Shown: piece after piece, positions 1-11,583 of the stretch
How the letters are laid out: every line of letters starts with the position of its first letter
Position numbering within the stretch: the first letter of the stretch is position 1
NCBI GenBank assembly: GCA_963735595.1
Contig: CAVTLK010000001.1
Coordinates: 832,001 to 896,000 of the forward strand
Origin: an uncultured delta proteobacterium
GTDB lineage: Bacteria > Desulfobacterota > Zymogenia > Zymogenales > Zymogenaceae
Direction: 5' to 3'
Length of the DNA: 64,000 nt
Made by a program: the position numbers and the translations under genes
Notes under the pieces: generated by a model
The model's input: only the letters and a program-made list of their open reading frames with translations
What the model was told of the DNA's origin: nothing
The model's database searches: none

Positions 1-324
1 CGGGATACGGGCGACGTCCTGCCGGCCCTCCTTATCCTCGGCCTGGCCGACACCAGGGCCGGAAAAACTGACGATGTCCGCGAGAGCGAGAGCATCCGGC
101 TGATCGATGAGGTTTTTTCGGTCCTCGATGAGATAGAGGCGGCGGTCGTTCCGTTCCTCTCCGGAACGGAGATCATGCGGTTATGCTCAATACCCGAAGG
201 AGAGCTGGTGGGACGGCTCAAGTCCGAGCTGTCGGACGCCCAGGCCGTGGGTAGCGTCACGACCAAGGCCGGGGCCCGGGAGTTCGTATTGGAAAGGATG
301 AAATGCCATGCAACGATTGCCTGA
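1..324 (+). CDS. 3' end of a CCA-adding enzyme/poly(A) polymerase family protein (5'-truncated by the window)
   Basis: Manual frame-1 translation (not in ORF track): ...LLILGLADTRA...PFLSGTEIMRLCSIPEGELVGRLKSELSDAQAVGSVTTKAGAREFV...*, matching the typical C-terminal tail of this family; TGA at 322-324. Confidence 0.65.
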   Translation, partial: RDTGDVLPALLILGLADTRAGKTDDVRESESIRLIDEVFSVLDEIEAAVVPFLSGTEIMRLCSIPEGELVGRLKSELSDAQAVGSVTTKAGAREFVLERMKCHATIA

Positions 325-829
325 TATCATACGGATGCTAAAGTGCGTGTCGGGAATAGTGTTGATCGTCTGCTTCTTTCTGCCCTGGGTCGCCCAGACC
401 CCGAGCTGTACGGATAAATCGGTCATCATCCGCGATAACATCTCGGGATTTACCCTCGTACACGAGGGGACCGCGCCCGAGGCAGTGGCCGCGCCGTTGT
501 TCGGGGCGGTCGTAGCGGCGCTTGCCCTCATCGTACGGCACAGGGCCGTCCCGCTTGCCGCCAGCCTCGTGTCGCTGGCCGAGATCCCCACGGCCCTCAT
601 TATTGCGGCGTATATCGATCTTTCGGTCCGGCTCTTTACGCCGTTTATCCTCCGGTACGGCTACGTCGTCACCGCGGCCCTCCTCTGGGTGATACCCCTG
701 TTGTCTCTTTCGGACGTTATCATCCACTTTCCGCGGCTTACCAGAGTCGGGAAGACCATCGTCGCCGCCGCCGCAGGGCTGCTGGCGGTGCTCGCGCTCA
801 TCGATTACCTGTCCCGGTTTATTGGGTAG
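308..829 (+). CDS. hypothetical membrane protein (about 5 TM segments)
   Basis: 173-aa hydrophobic ORF with FFLPW motif; overlaps the upstream stop, suggesting an operon. Confidence 0.7.
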   Translation: MQRLPDIIRMLKCVSGIVLIVCFFLPWVAQTPSCTDKSVIIRDNISGFTLVHEGTAPEAVAAPLFGAVVAALALIVRHRAVPLAASLVSLAEIPTALIIAAYIDLSVRLFTPFILRYGYVVTAALLWVIPLLSLSDVIIHFPRLTRVGKTIVAAAAGLLAVLALIDYLSRFIG

Positions 830-849
830 GATCGCCGCTGATAAAAATA

Positions 850-874
850 AAAAGGGGCGCTGTCTGCCCCTTTT
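850..874. terminator. bidirectional intrinsic terminator
   Basis: AAAAGGGGC-7nt-GCCCCTTTT between convergent genes. Confidence 0.7.
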
Positions 875-955
875 CAGTATCCGGCGGCGCCTCGGCGCCC
901 GCATGTTATTTCCCGCCGCCTGAGGCGGCGTAAGCTCTAATCGGTCGAACAGGTC

Positions 956-1504
956 CTATCCCTTTTCCGGGGTGTCTTCCACGGCGCACGTATTCATGTG
1001 GCGCTTTCGCTCGTCGCTTGAGCCGAGGAATTTTCTGAGCTTGCCCAGCACACCCTTATCCTCCATCTCTTCCTTGATACACTCCTCGTACCCGAGGACG
1101 GAATAATAGGTCGCCCGGTCGAAGTAGAGTATGGCCTTGTTGTTGAGCTCCTGGAGCTGGTATAGCTGGAAGGCGGTGCCGAAAAAGCCTTCGGTTGTGA
1201 CGACGTCGATGATAACCTTCTTCAGGAGGGACATCGCGTTGATGATGTCGTGCATCGCGTAGTTGTCTTTGAAGACCTCTCTGCCAAACTGGGTAAAATC
1301 TAGGCAGATGCGGTACTTGGAAATGTCTTTGGCCAGGAACTCATCGAATCCTTCCATGACCTCGCCCATTATCCGTTTCCACTTGGTTTCGTCGATTCCC
1401 TCGATGATCCTGAGGGTGCGGGTCTTTTTGAAGTCTTCGAGCCACAGGCTGACTATTTCGTTTTTCTTGCTCCTCAAAATGGCGACAAATTTCTCGTTAA
1501 TCAT
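956..1504 (-). CDS. RsbRD_N-like (non-heme globin fold) stand-alone protein
   Basis: EIVSLW... and FGREVF..YAMHDIINAMSLLKKVI...YFDRATY pattern. Confidence 0.55.
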   Translation of the reverse strand: MINEKFVAILRSKKNEIVSLWLEDFKKTRTLRIIEGIDETKWKRIMGEVMEGFDEFLAKDISKYRICLDFTQFGREVFKDNYAMHDIINAMSLLKKVIIDVVTTEGFFGTAFQLYQLQELNNKAILYFDRATYYSVLGYEECIKEEMEDKGVLGKLRKFLGSSDERKRHMNTCAVEDTPEKG

Positions 1505-1675
1505 GTTCTTTCCACCTTTCGAATGAGATATCGGATAATCGATCGAACCTTCTATCTAAAAGGTTATACCGTGTGATTGTCAATAGTCGATCCAGGCGGT
1601 AAACCGCTTACCTCTATATAATACGATAGCATATTCTTTTACGGATGACAACCGGTAACAAAACGAGAGGCGCCG

Positions 1676-2176
1676 CTAAATAATTCGGACGATATCGTTA
1701 CGCGTTTCGTCTGATCGGGATCGATCTTCCTCTGCATAGCCGAGGGCCATCAGCGCAACCGCCCGATACTTCCGGGGCGCCGCAACCAGTGAAAGCACCC
1801 TGTCTTCGTCGAACTCAAAGACAATCGACACAGACACCCCTGCCTCCCGGGCCATCAGGGTGACGTGAGCCAGTGCGATGGGGACATCGATCATGAAAAA
1901 CGGCTGCTCCTCCCCCCTTGTGGCGACTATCCATGGGTTCGCGCAGGCGGCGATAATCGTACGGGCGCCTGCAAAGACGGGCCGCGCCGCCAGCAACGCC
2001 GCCTGCCGGAGGGTTGCGTCGTCCCTGATGATGTAAAAACGCCAAATCTGGCTGTTATTGGCCGAGGGCGCCAGGCGCGCAGCCTCCAGGATCGACATGA
2101 CTGTCCCCTGGTCGACCGGCCTGCCGTCGAACCGGACGGGCTCCTTTATCCGGGAGATGAGCTCGGGTATGGTCAT
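1676..2176 (-). CDS. nitroreductase family protein
   Basis: ILEAARLAPSANNSQIWRF and DVPIALAHVTLMA motifs. Confidence 0.9.
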   Translation of the reverse strand: MTIPELISRIKEPVRFDGRPVDQGTVMSILEAARLAPSANNSQIWRFYIIRDDATLRQAALLAARPVFAGARTIIAACANPWIVATRGEEQPFFMIDVPIALAHVTLMAREAGVSVSIVFEFDEDRVLSLVAAPRKYRAVALMALGYAEEDRSRSDETRNDIVRII

Positions 2177-2770
2177 TGAGGTTTCACCACAGTGACGATC
2201 TTACCGGGGTCGACCCTCCGCTTTGAGATGAGATTGCCTAACATATAGTCCCACCAGGCCGCGCTGATCTTTTCCGGGGGCCGCCCCAGGGGGCTGATCG
2301 CAACGACGCGGGTCGTCTCGTCAAGATCGAGGACCCTCTTAACCGCCTCTTCCCCAAAACCGCCCAGCCAGCAGGTGCCCAGCCCAAGCTCGGCCGCTGC
2401 CAGAACCACCAGCTCCATGACCATCGCCGTTTCGGCAAGGTACAGGTGCTTATCGCCCGCGCGGCCCGCCCTGTCGGGCCGGCCGCAGGCAACGATGAAG
2501 CCCGGAGCCTTTGTGGTGAGAACCCAGGGATTGACTTTGCCGATCCACCCCGAGAATATAGCCCGGGAGAGTTTACGCTTGGTTTCGGGATCAAACACGA
2601 AGAGAAAGAACGGGGAGCCTGCCCCGAAGGCGTGCGCCCCCTCACGCGCGACCCGGGCCGAGCTTTTCTATCTCATCGGGCGGCACGATCGTATCGGCAT
2701 ATTTTCTGACACTCCGCCTGACCTTGATGATCTCCATCAGGTCTGCCGGTTTCTTGTCCCGTGGAGTCAT
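2173..2770 (-). CDS. nitroreductase family protein (apparent frameshift near 2660)
   Basis: N-terminus MTPRDKKPADLMEIIKVRRSVRKY joins the 141-aa ORF (LAAAELGLGTCWLG) if one base is removed near 2660. Confidence 0.75.
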
Positions 2771-2776
2771 CCCCGC

Positions 2777-3286
2777 TCACACCTCCCCGGAATACCATAT
2801 CCGTGCGCTGCGATCGGCGCAGCCGGAAAGGAGCCGCTCCATGACCGCCAGATTCATGACGTCATCCCGGTTATACTTCAAGAGGAGATCGAGCGCCTCC
2901 GGATCCCCTTTTCTCACATACCGCTCCCAGAGGACCGGGGCGTCCCGGCCGGTTATCCCCTCCGTCTCCCGGGATATCCCCATCTGATGTTCCACCCCTT
3001 TGAGCCCCCCGTATAACCCCCGCCGCCAGCATTCATACATAAGATCGCAGGAAGAAAAGCGCGCCCTAAGATCCAGGCCGATCTTCCGCTTGATGACCGG
3101 CAGGTCGAACCGGTTGCCGTTGTAGGTGACGATAGCGGTGGCCGATGAGAGGGCTTCCGTGACGCTCGCGTACGTAATCTCGTCGCCCACCAGTTGGATA
3201 ATCTCCAGCTCCGGGAGATAGATTCCGACGACGGTGATCCTCCCGCTAAATGAGGTCTCGATATCAAGATACGCTCGGTCGGACAT
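2777..3286 (-). CDS. YprB-like RNase H-fold 3'-5' exonuclease
   Basis: YLDIETS, TYNGNRFDLP, GGLKGVE and YNRDDV DEDD-type motifs; ATG at 3286. Confidence 0.85.
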   Translation of the reverse strand: MSDRAYLDIETSFSGRITVVGIYLPELEIIQLVGDEITYASVTEALSSATAIVTYNGNRFDLPVIKRKIGLDLRARFSSCDLMYECWRRGLYGGLKGVEHQMGISRETEGITGRDAPVLWERYVRKGDPEALDLLLKYNRDDVMNLAVMERLLSGCADRSARIWYSGEV

Positions 3287-3400
3287 TGGTTCCCCTGCCA
3301 CCGGAAGGAGGCACCCCAGGCGAAATAAACAGTGCGGACCGCCCTCCCATCCGGTGTCTTATGATAGGGTAAACGGCGTGAGAAATCAAGGATAATCGAG

Positions 3401-3430
3401 TTGACAGAAGGGGCGCTTTTTCGCTATAAT
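3401..3430 (+). promoter_or_regulatory. sigma70-type promoter for the htpX-like gene
   Basis: TTGACA-18nt-TATAAT; GAGGAG SD before ATG 3457. Confidence 0.8.
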
Positions 3431-3456
3431 TCAAGCTATTTCACGAGGAGACCGCC

Positions 3457-5151
3457 ATGAGAGGAAAGCTCATTTTCGCCTCCACCTTTACGATCGGGAT
3501 ACTGGTAACCTTTGTCTTTTGTATCGTGCTGCTGGCCTCATTCGCCTCGGGGCTCATCAGCGGCGCCGCCATGATCATCCTCACGGTCATTATCAGCGTC
3601 GTGTCGTGGCTCGTAAGCCCCTGGTTTACCGATCTTATCCACCGCTGGGTCTATAAATTCCGCGTCATGGAGTTCGACGAGCTGGCGCGCAGGAGCCCCA
3701 AGACCGCGCAGTTTCTCACGGAGGCGTGCAAGCGCCACAACATCAAGGTCCCGATGCTCAGGGTCCTCGATGACATGAACCCAACCGCCTACTGCTACGG
3801 CTCGTTTCCCTCCAACTCCCGTATCGTCGTCTCGGAAGGCATCTTTCGTTACCTGAACGAAGATGAGGTGGCGGCGGTCTACGGCCATGAGCTCGGTCAT
3901 ATCAAGAACCTCGATTTCATCATCATGACCGTGGCCAACACGCTGCTCATGATCCTGTACGAAATCTACGTAATATTCACCCGGGTTCGCACGCGGGGCA
4001 AGAACAACCCCCTCCCCCTCATCGGCCTGATCTCACTGCTCTTCTGGTGGATCGGCACGTACCTTGTCCTGTATCTCTCGCGAACCCGTGAATACATGGC
4101 CGACCGTTTCTCCGGTATCGAGACAAACAATCCCGGGGCCCTGGCCACGGCACTTGTCAAAATCGGGTACGGGATCGGCGCCGAGCCGGACACCCCCCTC
4201 TCCTCACGGCTCATGGGCAGCACGCGCGCGCTCAACATCATGGACTGTAAGGGCGTCGATACGGTCAGCGCTGCGGTCACGCTTTCGGCGGAACCCGGCA
4301 AAGAGACCGTCGGAAAGGTCCCGGCATTCGACCCCCGCAGGGTATCGCGGGTCTTCCTCTTTGACATCTTCAATCCCTGGGCATGGGTCGTACAGCTCGG
4401 CTCCACGCACCCCCTCACGGGAAAGCGGATACAGGCGCTCATGAATCTTGCCGCGGAAAAGAACCTGCCGCAGGTCTTTAACTTCGCGGAGATCACCATA
4501 GACGGGGCCGGTCTCGATAAGTCCCGGCTCTACGGTAAGTTCTTTTTTGAGGTCCCTATCTATTTCGCCCCGATAATCGGGGTCATTGCGGGTATCGGGT
4601 TGGCGCTGGCCGACCAGCGGCTGCTTGGCGTGATAATCCTTACCTTCGGGCTGGGACTGTTGATACGGGGTATCTACCGCTTCCCGTCGATCAAAAAGCC
4701 CGAGGAAACCACGGTCCTCGATTTGATGAGCGATCCGTACGCGAGCCCGCTGAGGGGTAAACCGGTCGTCGTCTCCGGCACGGTAATCGGGAAGGCCTCG
4801 GCGGGAAGCCTCTTCGGAGAAGACCTGGTCGTGCATGATCCCTCGGGGGGGTTGATCACCCTCAACTACGAGTCGATCATACCGTTTTTCGGCAACCTCT
4901 TTTTCGGTTACAAGCGGGCGCGAACTATAATTGGCGCTCAGGTGGCGGCAACCGGATGGTTCCGCAGGAAAATAAGCCACTTCATCGACCTGAAGTCCAT
5001 CAGGACTTCTGACCGCCCGTTTCGGAGTTACACGCGCTTCCGGGCGCTGGCCCTTGCCGTCATCATAACCGTGATAGGAATCGTCACGACCGTTATGATG
5101 CTGGCCGCCTCGGTCGCCCCCGCGGGGCCGGCGGGACAGGGGGTATTGTAA
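3457..5151 (+). CDS. HtpX-like M48 zinc metalloprotease with long C-terminal membrane/OB-like extension
   Basis: HELGH, SRTREYMAD and STHP motifs; multiple TM helices. Confidence 0.85.
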   Translation: MRGKLIFASTFTIGILVTFVFCIVLLASFASGLISGAAMIILTVIISVVSWLVSPWFTDLIHRWVYKFRVMEFDELARRSPKTAQFLTEACKRHNIKVPMLRVLDDMNPTAYCYGSFPSNSRIVVSEGIFRYLNEDEVAAVYGHELGHIKNLDFIIMTVANTLLMILYEIYVIFTRVRTRGKNNPLPLIGLISLLFWWIGTYLVLYLSRTREYMADRFSGIETNNPGALATALVKIGYGIGAEPDTPLSSRLMGSTRALNIMDCKGVDTVSAAVTLSAEPGKETVGKVPAFDPRRVSRVFLFDIFNPWAWVVQLGSTHPLTGKRIQALMNLAAEKNLPQVFNFAEITIDGAGLDKSRLYGKFFFEVPIYFAPIIGVIAGIGLALADQRLLGVIILTFGLGLLIRGIYRFPSIKKPEETTVLDLMSDPYASPLRGKPVVVSGTVIGKASAGSLFGEDLVVHDPSGGLITLNYESIIPFFGNLFFGYKRARTIIGAQVAATGWFRRKISHFIDLKSIRTSDRPFRSYTRFRALALAVIITVIGIVTTVMMLAASVAPAGPAGQGVL

Positions 5152-5155
5152 ATAG

Positions 5156-5794
5156 ATGCAGCTTCCGAAAGTCATCCTGCCGCCGGCGCTCTCGCTGCTG
5201 CTTTTTATCACCATCATCTATGGGATGGGCAGCTGCACGGCCGGCCTTCCCCAACCCTACCGGGTCCGTGGTCCGTGGGTCGTTGAGACAGTACCCGAGC
5301 AGGAGATCATCGTCGAGGCCACGTCCGATACCCCGATGACTATCTCGCTCTTTTCATGGGGGGCCCGTTTTTCCCAGGACGGCCGGGAGCTCGGGACTCT
5401 CAAGTACGACCGGGTCAGCTATATCCTCAGGGACGCATACGGAACTAAAATCTGGAAGATGACGTGCCACGACACCTACGTTGCGGTCGCCGACCCCGGC
5501 GGTGACGAGCTGTTTAGAATCGTGAGCCGCGTGGGCGGTGTCGATCTCATTGACGCGCGGGGATCTCTCATCTCGTCCATTGACGTCTCCGGCGACTGCG
5601 CATCCCTGACGGCCCCCGACGGATCGCTGCTGGCCGATACGACCCTGACCGCGTCGGGAAGGGAGCTGCGCACCGGCGAGGGGACGGTGATGCGCATCTC
5701 CAACCGCACGGCGTCTCCCGCGGGGCTTATCGCCGCCACGCTGCCTTCGTTTAGCCCGCTCGAGCGCGCAGCGTTGATGATTATGGTGAAATAA
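5156..5794 (+). CDS. putative lipoprotein of unknown function
   Basis: Signal peptide with MGSC lipobox-like motif; beta-rich body; 4 nt after the htpX-like stop. Confidence 0.65.
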   Translation: MQLPKVILPPALSLLLFITIIYGMGSCTAGLPQPYRVRGPWVVETVPEQEIIVEATSDTPMTISLFSWGARFSQDGRELGTLKYDRVSYILRDAYGTKIWKMTCHDTYVAVADPGGDELFRIVSRVGGVDLIDARGSLISSIDVSGDCASLTAPDGSLLADTTLTASGRELRTGEGTVMRISNRTASPAGLIAATLPSFSPLERAALMIMVK

Positions 5795-5883
5795 AAAAGG
5801 GGGGGAGTCGGCGCGAACGCGGGCGGCGCTGCCGCCTGCCTCATTGGATGATACTCGAACATATATCCCCGCCGGAGATCTGA

Positions 5884-6348
5884 TCAGGGCTCCCTGCGTA
5901 TATACGGTTCGGGATGGTATATCGCCATCAGCCTCTCCGCCAATGCGGTATCCTTTACCCGCACAAACCCAAACCGCCCGTAGAGCCCGTGAGCGTCACG
6001 GGTTCCCAGGGATATCATGCGAAGCCCGGCCAGGCCGGGATGGCCGAGGATCGTCCCAACCAGCCATTTGCCCAGACCGGCACCCCGATGTGCCTCCTCT
6101 ATGAAGACGTCGGCCAGATAGGCGAAGGTGGCAAAGTCGGTAATAATCCTGGCAAAACCAACCTGCCTGCCTCGATGATAGACCCCGAAACAGAGGGAAT
6201 GACTGATAGACCGCTTCACGACCTCGCGGGGGACGCCCCTGGCCCAGTAGGATTGGTTGGCCAGATAGTCGCGGATATACCCAACGTCGAGTCTTCGCTT
6301 GTCTGTGGTTATCTCGTATTCGTCCCGGCGGACGTGCATCGATTCCAT
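5884..6348 (-). CDS. GNAT family N-acetyltransferase
   Basis: SYWARG, QVGFARIITD, HRGAGLGKWL, DAHGLY; start uncertain. Confidence 0.9.
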   Translation of the reverse strand: MESMHVRRDEYEITTDKRRLDVGYIRDYLANQSYWARGVPREVVKRSISHSLCFGVYHRGRQVGFARIITDFATFAYLADVFIEEAHRGAGLGKWLVGTILGHPGLAGLRMISLGTRDAHGLYGRFGFVRVKDTALAERLMAIYHPEPYIRREP

Positions 6349-6450
6349 GTCCTGATACGCTACCTCCCCGTCCGCGAAACCGTGCCGGAGCAAGCCCGAC
6401 GGCGGACGTTATATCATACGCGCCTCGGTTTTTAATCGTTTGGCTGATTT

Positions 6451-6795
6451 CTATCCGATAATGGCGATATGCAGGAGCGCCAGCGTGAGCAGCGCCGTGA
6501 AGATGAGCGTTACCAGTATCAGCTCCCTGCTGAAGGCGCGGTATTCGGCGGATTTCGCGTGCATATACGACCGCACCGCCTTACGGTTTCGGAAAAGGTG
6601 GACCGAGCCCGATACCACGAAGATAAGGGCACAGACGTTGTGAACGGTCATGAAAACGTGGCGATGGGACTCGAATTGGTCCGACGAAAAGACGTGGAGC
6701 AGGATCCCCGAAGGGATCAGCAACAAGAAGGAAAAAAACATAAACAGCGAAGCTACGGCCCTGCCGTTGATTCCGCTTCCCGGTTTCCCATTCAT
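6451..6795 (-). CDS. DUF4405-like small membrane protein (cytochrome b-like histidines)
   Basis: SGILL...VH...VHL..N pattern; 3 TM. Confidence 0.65.
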   Translation of the reverse strand: MNGKPGSGINGRAVASLFMFFSFLLLIPSGILLHVFSSDQFESHRHVFMTVHNVCALIFVVSGSVHLFRNRKAVRSYMHAKSAEYRAFSRELILVTLIFTALLTLALLHIAIIG

Positions 6796-6934
6796 ACGCG
6801 CCCTGCCATACGATCTGAGGTGTGAAGGCAGACAAATCTATGAGACCCGCAATAATTTTCGCGGCCGCCCGAATAACCGCCGACCCGTTTATGTCCCGCT
6901 CATGATATCGGCCGTCTTTGCTGTCGCCGAACGC

Positions 6935-8593
6935 CTACTTGAGAATCGCCCCGGTTGAGGCCGACGTCACCGCCCGCGCGTACCGGCCCAGGTAGCCGGT
7001 GGTTACCTTCGGTTTCGGGGCCGTCCATCGGTCCCGTCTCTTCTTCAACTCCTCATCCGGCACCTTGAGGGTCAGGCGCCGGTTGGGGATGTCTATCTCG
7101 ATGGCGTCTCCGTCTTTGACCAGCGCAATAACGCCGCCCTCGGCCGCCTCCGGCGAGACGTGGCCGATGGCCGCCCCGCGGGTGCCCCCCGAGAACCGCC
7201 CGTCGGTGATGAGGGCCACGTCCCGATCCAGCCCCATCCCCGCGATGACCGAGGTGGGCGTAAGCATCTCCCGCATCCCCGGCCCGCCCTTGGGCCCTTC
7301 GTAGCGGACGACCACGACGTCCCCCTTGACGATTTTACCGCCCAGTATCGCGGCCGTAGCCTCTTCCTCCGAGTCGAAGACACGGGCCGGGCCGGTGTTT
7401 GTCATCATGTGCTCATCCACCGCGGTTTGTTTGACTACCGCCCCGTCGGGGGCAAGGTTCCCCCTCAAGAGGGCGATACCTCCCTGTTTGTGGTAGGGGT
7501 TATTGATAGTCCTGATGACGTTTGTGTCGAAGACGTCCGCGCCGACGAGATTATGGGCAAGCGTCGTGAGGTTGACCGTCATCACCGATGTGTCAACCAG
7601 GCCCGCCCCGCCCAGTATCGCCATAACGGCCTGGACGCCTCCGGCCCGGTAGAGATCCTGGAGATGGTGGGGACCGCCGGGTGAAAGGTTGACGAGGTGG
7701 GGCGTTTTTTTGCTGATCTCCTCAAAAAGATCGAGGTTCAGCTCAATGCCCGCCTCCGCGGCGACGGCCGGCAGGTGGAGCACCGTGTTGGTGGAGCACC
7801 CGAGTGCCATATCAACGGTTATGGCGTTCTTGAGGGCCGCCATCGTCACGATATTGCGGGGAAGGACCTTTTTCTCGATGAGCTTCATAATGGTCTGCCC
7901 CGCCTTCTTGGCCAGGCGAACGCGGGCGGCGTCCACCGCGGGAATGGTACCGTTTCCGGGCAGGGCCAACCCGAGCGCCTCCGTCAGGCAGTTCATCGAG
8001 TTGGCGGTAAACATACCCGCACACGACCCGCATCCGGGGCACGCTGCGTCCTCGATCTTGACCAGCTCGTCCTCGCTCATTTCCCCTACCGCGACCTTGC
8101 CGACCCCCTCGAATACGGTTATCAAATCGATGTCGTTACCGCAGTACGAACCGGCCATCATCGGGCCGCCGCTGATAATAATCGTCGGGATATTTATCCG
8201 TAATGCCGCCATCAACATGGCGGGCACGGTCTTGTCGCAGTTGGGGATCATGACCAGGCCGTCAAAGGGGTGGGCCATGGCCATCACCTCCACCGAGTCG
8301 GCGATCAGCTCGCGGCTGCCCAGCGAATACTTCATGCCTTCGTGGTTCATCGCTATGCCGTCGCATATGCCGATCGTCGGAAACTCGATGGGAGTCCCCC
8401 CCATGATCCTGACGCCCGCCTTTACCGCATCGGCCAGGGTCTTGAGATGGATGTGACCGGGTACTATCTCGTTCTGAGTATTGACGACCCCCACCATGGG
8501 CCTCGCGATTTCGCTGTCGGTATATCCCATAGCCTTGAAGAGTGCGCGGTGCGGCGCCTTTTCGAGACCCCGTTTCATCCTGTCGCTTCTCAT
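6935..8593 (-). CDS. ilvD: dihydroxy-acid dehydratase
   Basis: [39 protein letters not shown]. Confidence 0.98.
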   Translation of the reverse strand: MRSDRMKRGLEKAPHRALFKAMGYTDSEIARPMVGVVNTQNEIVPGHIHLKTLADAVKAGVRIMGGTPIEFPTIGICDGIAMNHEGMKYSLGSRELIADSVEVMAMAHPFDGLVMIPNCDKTVPAMLMAALRINIPTIIISGGPMMAGSYCGNDIDLITVFEGVGKVAVGEMSEDELVKIEDAACPGCGSCAGMFTANSMNCLTEALGLALPGNGTIPAVDAARVRLAKKAGQTIMKLIEKKVLPRNIVTMAALKNAITVDMALGCSTNTVLHLPAVAAEAGIELNLDLFEEISKKTPHLVNLSPGGPHHLQDLYRAGGVQAVMAILGGAGLVDTSVMTVNLTTLAHNLVGADVFDTNVIRTINNPYHKQGGIALLRGNLAPDGAVVKQTAVDEHMMTNTGPARVFDSEEEATAAILGGKIVKGDVVVVRYEGPKGGPGMREMLTPTSVIAGMGLDRDVALITDGRFSGGTRGAAIGHVSPEAAEGGVIALVKDGDAIEIDIPNRRLTLKVPDEELKKRRDRWTAPKPKVTTGYLGRYARAVTSASTGAILK

Positions 8594-8923
8594 ACGAACC
8601 TCCGAAATTTAGTGGATTATACCAGTCAAGCTTTTATTTTGTAAAGAAGTATTACATGCGTCGCGGTCGTCCACGGAAGGCCTTTCTCTTATCGAAACGC
8701 CCCTGCCTTCGGTAACAACCGGCCCCGTACAAATATCGGGGAGCGGCCCCGGGCGTCTCCCAACCTGCCCCTGCGGCCGTCATTGCGGGAATGCGGTATC
8801 TCAACGTTTACTCCCGTCACCGCGCGGTCATTGTCCTTGACTTTTCCCCCTGTGCATGTTAGCGTTCAAAAAGGTTTGGCAATTCCAGGAACAGGGCTCG
8901 ATTATCCGGTAATGTGACGCACT

Positions 8924-11581
8924 ATGGATAACCAAAAAAAAGGCGGCATCAGAGAAAAGATACTCACTCTGATCATGATGCTGCTGGGAAACCATCTCAA
9001 TTACTATAGCTCCTATCTCGGTGAACCTAAAAACACGCTCGTAAGCCTCGTTTTCAACTACTTCGTCCCGCGGGTATCGATTCCCAAGGAAGATAAGAAA
9101 ACAATCCGCGAGCTTTCCAAGAAGGGAACGGTCATCTACGCGCAGAAAAACCGGTCTTCCCTCGATTTTCTCTTCTTTCAGCACCGGTACTACATCGAGG
9201 GGCTTCCCTACCCCGTATTCGGTAATTTCATCAACATGATCTGGTGGCAGCCGGTCTCGTCGGTTGCCCGGATTCTGTTGTCCAAGCTCTATTGCCTCAT
9301 CGAGGGAATAGAGTCCCCCAACCCGTATCGCACGGACTATGTCCGGAGGATGAGCCAGGAAGGCCACAGCTCGATCCTTTTTCTGCGCCACCCCACCGGC
9401 CTCCTGAAGCGATTCGCACTCAAGGAGACCGATGATCCCGTGGTGTATCTGCTCCACGCGCAAAAGGTGATGAGTCGGACGATCTATATCATCCCGCACA
9501 TCATCGTCTACCACAAACGTCCGGATACCGCCCGGAAGGGGATCACCGACGTCCTGTTCGGCCCCAAGGAGGGACCGGGCCTTTTGCGCAGGATCGCTAT
9601 CTTCCTGGCCAATTACCGGCAGGCCTTCGTCAAGATCGGCGATCCGATCAACCTGAAGGAGTTTCTCACGCAAAAAGGCCAAACGGTGGACGGCGAGGTA
9701 TCCTACGATCTGCGCCGGACGCTGCTTGACAACATCGAGCGTGAGGAGCGCCTTATCAAGGGGCCGATTCTCAAGAGCCGCCTCGAGATCATGGAGATGG
9801 TGCTGTGGGACGACGAGTTCCAGGAAAAAATACAGAATCTCTCGGAGATTACCCGGGAACCGGTTCGCTCCCTCAGGAGGCGGGCGATCACCCACCTGGA
9901 TGAGATCGCGGCCGATTACAACATCCTGTATATCCAGATGTTCGATATGGTCGTCACCTGGATGTGGAACAACATTTTCAGCGGGTTTGACATCGACGAG
10001 GAGGGGCTCAACAAGGTGCGGGAGGCGGGTAAAAAGTCCTCACTGGTCATCGTCCCGTGCCATAAGAGCCACGTTGACTACCTCGTGCTCTCCCAGATCT
10101 TCCTCCATAACAACCTTACCCCGCCCCATATCGCCGCGGGGATCAACCTCTCCTTTTTCCCCCTGGGTCACATCTTCAGGAAATCCGGGGCCTTCTTCCT
10201 GAAGCGGACGTTTCGCGGAGATCCCCTCTATCCGATCGTCTTTTCGACGTATGTCAAGACGATCCTGTCGGAGGGATTCAGCCTCGAGTTTTTCATCGAG
10301 GGGGGACGTTCAAGGACCGGCAAGCTCGTTATGCCCAAGCTGGGACTTCTCTCGATCATTATCAACGCCTACCTGTCGGGCGCCGTCAACGATATCTCCT
10401 TCGTACCGATATTCATCGGGTACGACCGTATCGTGGAGGAGTCATCGTATATCAGTGAAATGGGCGGGGCCGTTAAGAAAAAGGAAGGCCTCTGGTCTCT
10501 GCTCAGGAGCGGGAACCTCCTCAAGAAACGATACGGCCGGGTTTATGTGGCCTTTAACAACCCGATCTCCCTTAAAGAGCTCATACAATCCGCCGGATAT
10601 AACCGCGAGACGATCCCGAAGGCCCGGTTGCATCAGCTCCAGTATGACCTGGCATATCGGATCGTCTACTCGATCAATCAGATCAGCGTCGTGTCGACCG
10701 TCAACCTGGTTTCCGCCGCTTTCCTTGCCAGCCCCCAGGGGGCGCTGACTCGCGGGGAGCTGATGCAGATCTGCCGCGTCTTCATGGGCTGGCTTTCTTC
10801 GGCCGACACGCGTTTTTCCAACGCCCTGAATAACCCGCCCCCGGCGATTGCCGAGGCCCTCAACGCGCTCAAGGAGGAAGACCTCGTCCAGGAGATCAAG
10901 GGAGAATCCGACGAGCCCGATTTCGAAAGAGTCTTTTTCGTGCCCGAGGAAAAGCGCCTGACGCTCGAGTTCTACAAGAATAATATCCTCCATTTCTTCA
11001 TCCCGGCCTCATTTGTCGCCACGTCCATACTGTCGGCCCCGGGCGGCAGTACGACCCGGGAGCAGATTACCGACGACTATACGTATTTCAGAAAGCTCTT
11101 TAAATACGAGTTTGTCTACGACCTCGAATTCTCGGACGAACAGCGCGTCAAGCGGGCCCTGGACTATTTTGAGAGTAACGGCTACATCGCACGTGATAAC
11201 GTGGCCGTCACCATCACTCAGGCCGGAGGCGATGTCCTTCAATTCTTTGCCGAGCTGGTGCGTAATTTCATCGAATCCTATCTCGTAACCTCGGAAGCTC
11301 TGCAGAACTATCTCACGAGGGGGCCGAAGAGCGAGCGGGACCTGATAAAAAGAGTCAACATAACGGGGCAGCGGATGCTCAAGAAGAAAGAGATCAGCCG
11401 TATCGAGGCCCTTTCGCGGATCAACTTCCAAAACGCCGTCGAGCTTCTCACCCATGAGAATGTCTTGTCCCAATTCACCGAAGACGAGGGAAAGCGTCCC
11501 GTCAAGTACTACACCCCGGGGCCGGTTGCCAACGATTTCACGGAAAGGATTAAACGTTACCTTACCCGAACAGGGGGTTGA
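8924..11581 (+). CDS. plsB: glycerol-3-phosphate O-acyltransferase (PlsB type)
   Basis: HKSHVD (HX4D), [18 protein letters not shown]; 885 aa. Confidence 0.9.
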   Translation: MDNQKKGGIREKILTLIMMLLGNHLNYYSSYLGEPKNTLVSLVFNYFVPRVSIPKEDKKTIRELSKKGTVIYAQKNRSSLDFLFFQHRYYIEGLPYPVFGNFINMIWWQPVSSVARILLSKLYCLIEGIESPNPYRTDYVRRMSQEGHSSILFLRHPTGLLKRFALKETDDPVVYLLHAQKVMSRTIYIIPHIIVYHKRPDTARKGITDVLFGPKEGPGLLRRIAIFLANYRQAFVKIGDPINLKEFLTQKGQTVDGEVSYDLRRTLLDNIEREERLIKGPILKSRLEIMEMVLWDDEFQEKIQNLSEITREPVRSLRRRAITHLDEIAADYNILYIQMFDMVVTWMWNNIFSGFDIDEEGLNKVREAGKKSSLVIVPCHKSHVDYLVLSQIFLHNNLTPPHIAAGINLSFFPLGHIFRKSGAFFLKRTFRGDPLYPIVFSTYVKTILSEGFSLEFFIEGGRSRTGKLVMPKLGLLSIIINAYLSGAVNDISFVPIFIGYDRIVEESSYISEMGGAVKKKEGLWSLLRSGNLLKKRYGRVYVAFNNPISLKELIQSAGYNRETIPKARLHQLQYDLAYRIVYSINQISVVSTVNLVSAAFLASPQGALTRGELMQICRVFMGWLSSADTRFSNALNNPPPAIAEALNALKEEDLVQEIKGESDEPDFERVFFVPEEKRLTLEFYKNNILHFFIPASFVATSILSAPGGSTTREQITDDYTYFRKLFKYEFVYDLEFSDEQRVKRALDYFESNGYIARDNVAVTITQAGGDVLQFFAELVRNFIESYLVTSEALQNYLTRGPKSERDLIKRVNITGQRMLKKKEISRIEALSRINFQNAVELLTHENVLSQFTEDEGKRPVKYYTPGPVANDFTERIKRYLTRTGG

Positions 11582-11583
11582 CG

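Noticed and set aside
2640..2665. In-frame TGA in the nitroreductase (also in fabK near 25002) as selenocysteine
   Set aside because: Homology continues in a different frame, so these are frameshifts rather than readthrough
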